A stretch of DNA of 64,000 nucleotides from an archaeon. GTDB lineage: Archaea > EX4484-52 > WAPT01. The stretch covers positions 96,001 through 160,000 of the forward strand of contig JAPDKB010000007.1 in assembly GCA_029258795.1 (NCBI GenBank), in the 5' to 3' direction. The notes under the pieces are model-generated. The model was not told the DNA's origin, did no database searches, and saw nothing but the letters and a program-made list of their open reading frames with translations. Shown piece after piece: positions 56,025-64,000 of the stretch (position 1 is its first letter; every line of letters starts with the position of its first letter). The position numbers were made by a program, and so were the translations under genes.

Positions 56025-56567
56025 ATGGGGTTAGATGAGCTTGTTGACATTGTTGATGAAAACGATAACGTGATTGGTAAAGCCACAAGAAGGGAAGTGC
56101 ATGAAAGGGGGCTGTGGCACAGGGGTGTGCACCTCCTTCTCTACAGAAGTGATGGCAGGATGGTCTTGCAGAGGAGAAGCTTGAAAAAGAAGCATGCTCC
56201 GGGCAAGCTTGATTGTGCCGTCTCAGAGCACGTGCTCGCGGGTGAGAGCTACGATGTGGCTGTCGTGAGAGGGATTGAAGAGGAGCTTGGCATAGACGCG
56301 AGCAAGCTCAGCCTGAAGCCACTGTTCAAGCACGGGCTTGACTATGGCGATAACGATTTCATGATCGCGGTGGTTTATCAGGGAGTGTGGGACCACAATT
56401 TTAACCTCCATCCCGATGAGGTGGAGGAAGTCGTGGTTATGAGTGTAGATGAAGTGAAGGAACTTCTTCTGAACAATCCATCCGAGTTCTCACGATGGAC
56501 GGAACAAATCTTAAGGCACGTGTTTGGCATGGCATCGGAGCTGGAGGTGCTGGAAAGCTACCGTTGA
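56025..56567 (+). CDS. Nudix hydrolase (IDI1/YfcD-like)
   Basis: VDENDNVIG, HERGLWHRGVH, QRRS..K, AGESY...RGIEEELG, PDEV. Confidence 0.88.
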   Translation: MGLDELVDIVDENDNVIGKATRREVHERGLWHRGVHLLLYRSDGRMVLQRRSLKKKHAPGKLDCAVSEHVLAGESYDVAVVRGIEEELGIDASKLSLKPLFKHGLDYGDNDFMIAVVYQGVWDHNFNLHPDEVEEVVVMSVDEVKELLLNNPSEFSRWTEQILRHVFGMASELEVLESYR

Positions 56568-56572
56568 AATGC

Positions 56573-57106
56573 TCATGAGCGGATTATCCTGTAATTCAGA
56601 TCAGCAATACTGTTGAGTTCTTTCTCCAGTTCCTTGAGCTCTTCATGTATCTTGCTGTAGTTTTTGTTCTCGGGCAATATCAAGGTGTATGATTCAAGCT
56701 GAACTCCCCCTCCCCTGAATTTCAGGTTTAGAAGTTTGTAATCCACCTCGCCAGAATTCCGCTCAGCAAAATTGGAGAGAATCAATAGTGGCTTGTCCTT
56801 AACCACGCATTCGAGAAATGTTCTTTTCGCCCAGTAATCTCCTTCAACTCCGTATTTCCAGCTCTCAATAACGCCGTACTCCTGCTTTTCCCGAATTCTC
56901 TCGTCCAGTTTATCCCGGTTGAAGGAGCATGGCAGATAAACTCTGGCTCGGTGTGCACCACCTTCCTCTTCTTCAGCCCTTATCGTTATTCCATTCACCG
57001 TTCCATGCCTTGTATCTGGAAAAAACCCATCCCTAAAAATTTCGGTCCAGCAACCTTCATGAGACAATGTGAAATTCACAACCATCATACCATTTTCATC
57101 ACTCAC
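56573..57106 (-). CDS. Hypothetical protein (N-terminus like the sensor domain of Bat/HTH-10 regulators, no HTH)
   Basis: LSHEGCWTE motif; ends without an HTH. Confidence 0.6.
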   Translation of the reverse strand: MSDENGMMVVNFTLSHEGCWTEIFRDGFFPDTRHGTVNGITIRAEEEEGGAHRARVYLPCSFNRDKLDERIREKQEYGVIESWKYGVEGDYWAKRTFLECVVKDKPLLILSNFAERNSGEVDYKLLNLKFRGGGVQLESYTLILPENKNYSKIHEELKELEKELNSIADLNYRIIRS

Positions 57107-57238
57107 ATGACATCACCCTGAAGAAAAATAAATGATGGAATATTTTTATTTGGATGCGATTTCTCTCAACAATCGCATGCACAAACATATATAAAAGTCC
57201 CGCATAATAAACTATTTTACAACGGGGTGCTGTGAGCC

Positions 57239-58396
57239 ATGAGCATAAACAACACCGACCCTTACGAATATGAGGAATCAAGCTCCAACGTCAGAATAAG
57301 GTCTTTAACGCTGGAAGAGGAGAACGAGCTGTTGCGTGACTCATTGCGAGAGTTGCAGGCAGAGCTGGAAAAGTTCAGAAAGCCACCGCTCGTTGTTTCA
57401 ACCGTGGTGGACATCATAGCTCCGGATAAGGTTGTTGTACGCCTCAACAGCGGGGACTTCTGCGTAAACGTGGCAAGAGATTTGGTTGGTAAGCTCGAGC
57501 CGGATGACCGCGTGCTTCTCGAGCAGCGCTCACTTACCGTGCTTGAGAAGGTTGGCAAATCCAAATACTTTGACGTTACGAAGTTCGTGATAGTGGAGAA
57601 GCCGAAGGTAAGCTGGAATGATATAGGCGGGCTGGAGGAGCAGATAAGAGAGCTGAGAGAGGTTATAGAGCTTCCCCTCACCAAGCCAGAGGTGTTCAAG
57701 AAGGTAGGTATCACTCCACCGAAAGGAGTTTTGCTTTATGGTCCGCCGGGCACGGGTAAAACCCTGCTTGCTAAAGCTGTAGCTGCCAACAGCAACGCCA
57801 CATTCATAGAGGTGGTTGGCTCCGAGCTGGTGCAGAAGTTTATAGGGGAAGGGGCAAAGTTCGTCAAGTCCATATTCCAGCTTGCGAGGGAGAAGGCGCC
57901 ATCCATAGTTTTCATAGATGAGCTTGATTCAATAGCAGCGAAGCGAATAGAAGTTGGCACATCTGGCGAGAGGGAAGTGCAGAGAACTTTCATGCAGCTC
58001 CTTGCCGAGATAGATGGCTTCAAGCCGTTGGGCAATGTGAAGGTGATAGGCGCAACCAACAGGCTGGACATTCTTGATCCCGCAATCCTCAGGCCGGGCA
58101 GGCTGGACAGGTTGATTCACGTGCCCAAGCCGGATTTCAACGGAAGAATCGAGATTTTCAGGATACACACGAGAAAGATGAATCTGGCTGCTGACGTTTC
58201 GTTTGAAAAACTTGCTCAGCTGACAGACGGAATGACCGGAGCGGACATAAAAGCAATAAGTACGGAAGCCGGTTATTTTGCAATAAGGGATGGGAGAACG
58301 AAAGTCACCATGGAGGATTTTGAGAACGCGATAGAAAAGGTTAAGAAGAAGCTGAAAAAGGACAGAAGGCAGGAGCACACCTGGATGTACAGCTGA
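57239..58396 (+). CDS. pan: Proteasome-activating nucleotidase
   Basis: Coiled coil + OB fold, GPPGTGKT, QKFIGEG, IDELD, REVQRT, RPGRLDR, C-terminal HbYX (MYS). Confidence 0.96.
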   Translation: MSINNTDPYEYEESSSNVRIRSLTLEEENELLRDSLRELQAELEKFRKPPLVVSTVVDIIAPDKVVVRLNSGDFCVNVARDLVGKLEPDDRVLLEQRSLTVLEKVGKSKYFDVTKFVIVEKPKVSWNDIGGLEEQIRELREVIELPLTKPEVFKKVGITPPKGVLLYGPPGTGKTLLAKAVAANSNATFIEVVGSELVQKFIGEGAKFVKSIFQLAREKAPSIVFIDELDSIAAKRIEVGTSGEREVQRTFMQLLAEIDGFKPLGNVKVIGATNRLDILDPAILRPGRLDRLIHVPKPDFNGRIEIFRIHTRKMNLAADVSFEKLAQLTDGMTGADIKAISTEAGYFAIRDGRTKVTMEDFENAIEKVKKKLKKDRRQEHTWMYS

Positions 58397-58597
58397 AGAG
58401 TTTTTTTACCCTGTTTCTCTTTCCCCGATGTATTTGAAATCTCTATTGATAAACTGTACCTTTGACATTTGCCGTGGGTGGGCAATGACGAGTCAAGACG
58501 GGGATGTAATGAACTTATATAGTATAAGGGGATTCCTGCCACTCTCGATAACAAGAAAGTGAATTTAATCTTTCATTAATTGCTATTCGATAATCCT

Positions 58598-59941
58598 TTA
58601 TCCCCAAGCCAAAACTTCATAAATTTGCATCTCGCAACTGTATCCACTTCCTGCAACAAATCTCACGTATCGAAAAGTTCTGCTGCCGAAATTGTACTTG
58701 CCAACTTCATACTTACAATTATTACTTCCTAGAGTGGCTAATCTATACCAGTGTGAACCATCTGAACTTATCTCCACGTGCCCATAACACCACTTGCTAG
58801 TACTACATACTCCTGATTTTACGGCAAATTTTACATCCAGTTGCGCGGTAATCACGCTTCCAGCATCAACCTTCAATACTTCTCCACTTCGATCTGGATC
58901 GTAATAATAACCGTAACCAACACTCCAGCAAGTGGATAAGGAAGCATCAACAACCCTTTTTGGTTGGTTTACATGTCCTGTACACCCCATATCTGCACTG
59001 AAGCCACCCCACCAACTGGTTTTGGCTGTAACTTGTGCGTTATAAAGAAGATTATTTGATAATGGGTATGACTCCGCACATCCCGGAAGATTAACATATA
59101 CTTTACCCGTGTCTAAATCGGTGGCATAGCATATTTTGGGAAAACTTTGAAGTACATCATCACCTACTCCTCCACTCGGCCAGCTTGATCTGCAGTCGCC
59201 ATTTATGCATACTTGTCCGTTGAGCAATATTTTCCCGCCATCTTTTGGGGTGATGTCTATGTCCATTGTTCTGGACCTTAACGTTATGTATCCCGTATGA
59301 CTTTGAGGAACTATCCCAAAATCGTAATCAGGTGTGGCTGTGGATCCAACATAAATATGGAATCCAGCATGATCAGCATTTCCGAGGTTTAGAAATCCTC
59401 CATTAATTGTTAAACTTCCGCTCATCGTATCTCCACCTGCGTTCACAAATCTCGAATCGCAAGCTGAACAGCTAGAGATCCCACCTGAGCCTGCGTTATC
59501 CACTCCACAAATCCATTTATCTCCGCTCCATTTGAGCACCTGCCCATCAGAACATGATGTTATCCCCGTTCCTCCTTTGGATGGTTGGAGCACCCCCTGT
59601 AGGGAGTTCAAGTTGTGAGTATGAGTGGCAGAAGCGAAAGCACTGGCATCCTTTCCATCCAGCTTGTCAGCATTCAATGCATAATCGGCCTGAGATGCCT
59701 CCGCAACCTTACCTTCTATCAAACTTGCGTTTATTTTTCCGCTTGTGGTTGCTAAAGGTACATATTCTCCAGATATTTGAGTATAGATATCTTTCAGAAG
59801 GTGATAAGCAGGGCTTCTTTGCATAACTTCGTGCTGGGTTAATGCTTTCACATAAGGTGCAGAAATGACTCCAATAAGGAGTAGAAGGAGGCCCGCTATA
59901 ACAAGAGCATGTTTCTTTTCGATGTTTATAACAATCTGCAT
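58598..59941 (-). CDS. Surface protein with tail-fibre-like repeats and C-terminal discoidin-like beta domain
   Basis: Signal peptide ending VKA; NADKLDGKDASAFASATHTH, PSKGGTG, RFVNAGGDTMSGSL, VCINGDCRSSWP; SSDG..W...FRYVRF. Confidence 0.72.
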   Translation of the reverse strand: MQIVINIEKKHALVIAGLLLLLIGVISAPYVKALTQHEVMQRSPAYHLLKDIYTQISGEYVPLATTSGKINASLIEGKVAEASQADYALNADKLDGKDASAFASATHTHNLNSLQGVLQPSKGGTGITSCSDGQVLKWSGDKWICGVDNAGSGGISSCSACDSRFVNAGGDTMSGSLTINGGFLNLGNADHAGFHIYVGSTATPDYDFGIVPQSHTGYITLRSRTMDIDITPKDGGKILLNGQVCINGDCRSSWPSGGVGDDVLQSFPKICYATDLDTGKVYVNLPGCAESYPLSNNLLYNAQVTAKTSWWGGFSADMGCTGHVNQPKRVVDASLSTCWSVGYGYYYDPDRSGEVLKVDAGSVITAQLDVKFAVKSGVCSTSKWCYGHVEISSDGSHWYRLATLGSNNCKYEVGKYNFGSRTFRYVRFVAGSGYSCEMQIYEVLAWG

Positions 59942-59974
59942 ATAAGAGCTTGTGCATTTAAGAGAATATAAAGG

Positions 59975-61762
59975 TTATCCTACAACCTTCTTCCTGATAC
60001 TCTCCAAATACTCCGCATGCGGAGCCAGCTCCTTCATCCTTTCATTTCTGAGCAGTTCCAGCTGAGCCTCACGCATTCTTTTCAGCTCGGCTCTCATATC
60101 TTTAACTCTTTCCTCGCCCAGCCGTATTATCGTGCTCGCCACCCTGTCTACGGTTATCAGCTTGGGTACGAGCACCAGATCAACACCCGTTTCGTAATAG
60201 TATAAGGCCTCTTCAACATCTTCCGCAAAGCACACTACCCCGACCCGCGGATTAACTCTTTTGGTCGTCACACTGAGAAATGTGTTCGCCTCTCTGTCCG
60301 AAATGGTGGATATAATAAGCTTCGCTTTCTTCACGTTTGCGCTTTCAAGCACCTCGGGATGCATGAGGTCTCCGTAAATAGCGGGCACGTTTTCCTTCAT
60401 GAAGCGCTCAACTATTTCGGGATCAAAATCCACAATTATGAACGGCAGGTTTCGTGTCATCAGCTTTTCCGCGATAAGCCTGCCTGTGAACTTACCACCG
60501 CAGATGATTATGTGGTTCGATAACTTCTCCCTTTTCACCTCCTCCTCGCTCTCGTGAATCATTCTTTTCATGCGGAAAGCTCTATCGTAGAGCACAAGGT
60601 ACCTTTCGAAGATGTTGAAAAGTCTGCCGGCGTGATTTATAGCATATGGGGTGAGGCACATCGTAACGAGAGTGGAGAATATCATCGCCCCAGCAACCCT
60701 GCTCTCCAGAATACCGGCTGTGCTTGCTATGCCTACAAGCACAAGCGTGAATTCCGACATCTGCGCCAGATATGCTGCCGGCAGAAAAGCCACTCTCCTC
60801 TCATAGCCTCTCATGCTAAGAAGCGTGTAGATTGTTGCGGGCTTAACGAGCAGTGTCATGAGCAAGAGCCCCACCACAAGATCAAGCGATCCCACCACAT
60901 CCTTCAAATTGAGCTTCGTGCCGAGGGAGATGAAGAACAGCATGACAAAAAAGTCCCGCAGGGATGAGGCTCTGCTTATTATCTCCGTGCTGTAAGGAAT
61001 GACCGCGATAGCTATGCCAGCAAGAAAAGCTCCTATGGCCAGAGGCAAACCAAGCCTGTAAGTCAGATAAGTCATAATGAAAAGCGTGGAAAGCGATGCC
61101 AAAAAGAGAATCTCCGCATCCTTCGACAGATGCTTGACAACTCGGGTAAAGATCATGTTGTTGAGGAGTGTTGCAAGAATGATCAGCATGGCTGAGTACA
61201 GCACAGATTTTCCAATCACACTCGCGACCGTGTTGTAGTTCTGCTGGGAGAGGAAAGCAAGTATGCCAACAGCAAAAATGTCCTGCAAGAGCAGGATACC
61301 GACACTCAACCTTCCGGGCAGGCTGAGCAGCTGGTTTCTGGCCGATAGATTGCTTACAACCATCATCGTGCTGCTAAAAGCTAATCCAGCTCCGACACAA
61401 AAAGCGGATATGGCATCCAGATGAAGGGTGACCGCAAGGAAATACCCAGCAAAGAAGGACACCAGAATCTGAAGCACACCAGCAAAAAGTATGCTCCTTC
61501 CGACCTTCATCAGCTTTGAGATATCTATCTCCATGCCGGCGATGAAAAGCAAAAAGATAATTCCAAGCTCGGAGAAAGCGGCAAGTAAGCTCTGATCTCT
61601 TAAAATGTTCAGCACTTCCGGTCCGAGCACGTATCCTGCAAGCACGTACCCCAGAAGGGAGGGCTGGCGCATGGCCCTTACAATCAGCATGAAGAGTGTG
61701 GCTGCAAGGATCGAAACTCCAACCTCGTAAAGAGAATAGTAGTCGAAGAGCTGCATTCCCAT
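59975..61762 (-). CDS. CPA2 cation/H+ antiporter with TrkA-N (RCK) domain (KefC-like)
   Basis: ELGIIFLLFIAGME, FSST, ILLLQD, GAFLAG, LRDFF, QMSEF; IIICGG...YGD. Confidence 0.92.
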   Translation of the reverse strand: MGMQLFDYYSLYEVGVSILAATLFMLIVRAMRQPSLLGYVLAGYVLGPEVLNILRDQSLLAAFSELGIIFLLFIAGMEIDISKLMKVGRSILFAGVLQILVSFFAGYFLAVTLHLDAISAFCVGAGLAFSSTMMVVSNLSARNQLLSLPGRLSVGILLLQDIFAVGILAFLSQQNYNTVASVIGKSVLYSAMLIILATLLNNMIFTRVVKHLSKDAEILFLASLSTLFIMTYLTYRLGLPLAIGAFLAGIAIAVIPYSTEIISRASSLRDFFVMLFFISLGTKLNLKDVVGSLDLVVGLLLMTLLVKPATIYTLLSMRGYERRVAFLPAAYLAQMSEFTLVLVGIASTAGILESRVAGAMIFSTLVTMCLTPYAINHAGRLFNIFERYLVLYDRAFRMKRMIHESEEEVKREKLSNHIIICGGKFTGRLIAEKLMTRNLPFIIVDFDPEIVERFMKENVPAIYGDLMHPEVLESANVKKAKLIISTISDREANTFLSVTTKRVNPRVGVVCFAEDVEEALYYYETGVDLVLVPKLITVDRVASTIIRLGEERVKDMRAELKRMREAQLELLRNERMKELAPHAEYLESIRKKVVG

Positions 61763-61822
61763 TAAGAAGCATGAGGCTCAACTTCCATATATTTTTTATT
61801 GTTGATTCTCGCTATAAACTTC

Positions 61823-62431
61823 ATGCTGGAAATTGAGGATAAGAAAGCGCTTTACGTCGTGCTTGAAGGTATGGATGCAAGCGGAAAAAGCACACAGGCA
61901 AAAATGCTTGCTGACTTTCTGTCCTCTCAGGGCTTCCGCGTGCTTCTTTTCGCTGAACCAACCGATAGCGTGGTGGGCCGCTTTCTGAAAGAAAAGATGC
62001 TGAAATCCGGGAAGTATTCTCCGGAAACGGTAGCCCTGTGCTTTGCTGCCGATCGGCTGATATTCAGGGATGAAAAGTTACTGGAAACGCTGAAAACTCA
62101 CGACGTTGTTATAAGCGACAGAAATTACTACTCATCCCTCGTTTATCAGAGCGTGATGGGGCTGGATTACCACTGGGTTAAGGAGATAAATAGATTTGCT
62201 GTCAAGCCAGACATTGCCTTCATCATAGACATAAGCGTTGATGAATACATGAGGAGAAAGGGAAACACCAAAATCATCTTTGAAAACGAGGAGTTTCAGA
62301 GAGAGGTCAGGGAGATGTACCTGAAGCTGCCGGAGCTTCTGATAAACGACAATATTGTGGTGCTGGACGGCAACAAAAGCGTGGAGGAGCTGCATGAGGA
62401 GATAAAGAAGAAGGTTGTGGCGATGCTTTGA
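61823..62431 (+). CDS. tmk: Thymidylate kinase
   Basis: LEGMDASGKST, EPT, FAADR, SDRNYYSSLVYQ, KPD. Confidence 0.95.
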   Translation: MLEIEDKKALYVVLEGMDASGKSTQAKMLADFLSSQGFRVLLFAEPTDSVVGRFLKEKMLKSGKYSPETVALCFAADRLIFRDEKLLETLKTHDVVISDRNYYSSLVYQSVMGLDYHWVKEINRFAVKPDIAFIIDISVDEYMRRKGNTKIIFENEEFQREVREMYLKLPELLINDNIVVLDGNKSVEELHEEIKKKVVAML

Positions 62432-62517
62432 AAAGCGGAGTAGAAAAAGTCGTGTTTTGCAATCATTACAATTTAGAATCATTCCGGAGTGCAAAACTTT
62501 TATATACGATTTTAGTT

Positions 62518-63408
62518 ATGAAAATAGGTAACATGAAGAACGGATTTGTGCTGTTCATTTTCGTGCTTTTGCTGATTTCTTTTAGTTCACATCCGGTTTT
62601 ATGTGACTTGGGTCCAAAGCCTTCTGTGAATTTTTATGTAACTCTGAATGGAGAGGATATTCCCGACACGATATTTTATGCAAAGATACTGAGCTGTCAG
62701 ATATACAAAGAGATAATAATTGGTGGGAGAAAAATCGTACAAGCCAGTGACACCACACCGAAAGACTTAATCCCACAACTAAACGTCAGTATATACGATC
62801 CTGAGAAAAACTGCTCCTGGAAACCGTCCGGATTGGCATGGGGTGGTAAGTGTCGAAATGGAAAGTGTCATTTCAACTATATGATTCCTTCGAGGTTCAG
62901 ACTTGCAGTATATCTGCCAAGCGAGGATAAGGTGTACATTTCCGATGAAATCAAGAGAAGAAACTTCAGAAGTACATTCAAAGCCGATTTGCTTCCTAAC
63001 GGCAGTATAACTGTAAAGGAGATCACTCCATTTTTTCAGCGTGATTCAGTCAAGGAAGCGATGATGTTTCTCTTTGCGTTAGTTATAACATTGGTGCTGG
63101 AACTATTCATTGCTTTGTTGTATGTCGTATATACTAGAACTACTAGAAAGATTTTGGGATCTGTATTTATCGCTAATATAATTTCACTTCCTGTAGTCTG
63201 GTTGATCATCACTTCATCTGAAAAAGGTTTATTTATAATAATAGGAGAAGTCTTTGCGGTTGTCTTTGAAAGTTTCTTTATTTATTTTTTGAATAAAGAG
63301 ATACTCACATTAAGGAAAGCGTTTTTATTGAGCATGTTGATGAATCTAACAAGCTTTATTGTAGGGAATTCCATCCTTATGCATACGATCTTCATATTCT
63401 ATTCCTAG
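62518..63408 (+). CDS. Hypothetical membrane protein (signal peptide, Cys-containing ectodomain, 4 C-terminal TM)
   Basis: Hydrophobic N-terminus; ITLVLE, ANIIS, GEVFAVVFE, MNLTSF TM motifs; AT-rich. Confidence 0.75.
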   Translation: MKIGNMKNGFVLFIFVLLLISFSSHPVLCDLGPKPSVNFYVTLNGEDIPDTIFYAKILSCQIYKEIIIGGRKIVQASDTTPKDLIPQLNVSIYDPEKNCSWKPSGLAWGGKCRNGKCHFNYMIPSRFRLAVYLPSEDKVYISDEIKRRNFRSTFKADLLPNGSITVKEITPFFQRDSVKEAMMFLFALVITLVLELFIALLYVVYTRTTRKILGSVFIANIISLPVVWLIITSSEKGLFIIIGEVFAVVFESFFIYFLNKEILTLRKAFLLSMLMNLTSFIVGNSILMHTIFIFYS

Positions 63409-63490
63409 ACTTGCTCTCCAACGTTTTATGATCGAATTCGTTATCTCCACCCAGCAAACAATTAAAACTTTCGTCCCTTTTTTTCTCTCC

Positions 63491-64000
63491 ATGAACGAGA
63501 AAGGGCTTGCCGAGAAACTAGAGCTCTTCAAGAAAACGCTCAGAAGACAGCATTACGGTATCGTGGGGAATCATTCAGCAGTGAAGGTCTGCGAGTGGAC
63601 GAAAAAGAGCATAAAGAACGAAGGAGTGTGTTACAAGGAGAAGTTCTACTACAGGCATTACGGAATACAGAGCCACACATGCCTGCAGATGAGTCCCGCT
63701 GCCTTTTTCTGCCCGAATCGCTGTATTTACTGCTGGCGCGCCATAGAGCAGACGGTAAGCCAGGATATGAAGGATTTTCCTTATCTTGATGAACCTTCCA
63801 CCATAATCGATGGTTGTATAGAAGCACACAGGAAACTGCTTTCCGGCCTGAAGGGGTATGAGGGCACGGACATGAAGAAATGGGAGGAAGCGCAGAATCC
63901 GAAAAATGCTGCCATCAGTTTGATAGGCGAGCCCACAGCATATCCCCTCATATCCGAGCTGATAAAGGAATTTCGCAGGCGCGGATTCACAACCTTCCTC
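63491..64000 (+). CDS. taw1: 4-demethylwyosine synthase Taw1 (TYW1), 3'-truncated by window edge; absent from the ORF track
   Basis: ATG 63491: QHYGIVGNHSAVKVCEW, CYKEKFY, SHTCLQMSP, CPNRCIYCWR, AAISLIGEP. Confidence 0.95.
   Translation, partial: MNEKGLAEKLELFKKTLRRQHYGIVGNHSAVKVCEWTKKSIKNEGVCYKEKFYYRHYGIQSHTCLQMSPAAFFCPNRCIYCWRAIEQTVSQDMKDFPYLDEPSTIIDGCIEAHRKLLSGLKGYEGTDMKKWEEAQNPKNAAISLIGEPTAYPLISELIKEFRRRGFTTFL

Noticed and set aside
58461-58500. TTGAC..TTGCC/GGCAA..GTCAA hairpin as a fluoride riboswitch
   Set aside because: GGCAATGA resembles the motif start, but the pseudoknot pairing and downstream conserved segment are absent, and it lies between convergent genes.
1-64000. CRISPR array, tRNA or rRNA genes, integrase, provirus
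   Set aside because: By eye I found no repeat-spacer periodicity, tRNA cloverleaf with T-loop consensus, tyrosine/serine recombinase or capsid/terminase ORF. Short or split tRNAs could have been missed.

Overview
Archaeal chromosomal window, most likely from a small-genome (DPANN-like; inferred, not proven) thermophile. Evidence: reverse gyrase, HMf-type histone, aEF-2, aIF5B, aRF1, uS15, ValRS, PAN, Elp3, Taw1, Bud32 and Rpp21, with housekeeping genes scattered and many apparently leaderless. Two accessory regions stand out. (1) An AT-rich ~13 kb defence island (about 4.2-17.3 kb) lies between smc and scpA-scpB. It holds a type I R-M operon (wHTH-HsdM, HsdS, HsdR) carrying two clear HEPN RNase-like genes (one RnlA-like), one degenerate HEPN-like gene, a small membrane protein and a promoter-bearing antisense hairpin RNA candidate, followed by an MNT-HEPN pair. 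(2) A ~3.5 kb patch (23.6-27.1 kb) holds a broken MNT, a C/D-box guide RNA aimed at the 23S peptidyl-transferase centre, a decayed IS6 bracketing a tail-fibre-like surface protein, and a solitary attC-like site. Other notable items: an unusually short 853-aa SMC, a tandem active/inactive metzincin pair, a second tail-fibre-like adhesin paralog, and a ~425-nt highly structured leader ahead of an unknown-protein/M28 peptidase/NYN operon. I found no tRNA, rRNA, CRISPR array or integrase. All family assignments come from motif recognition by eye; no database search was run.
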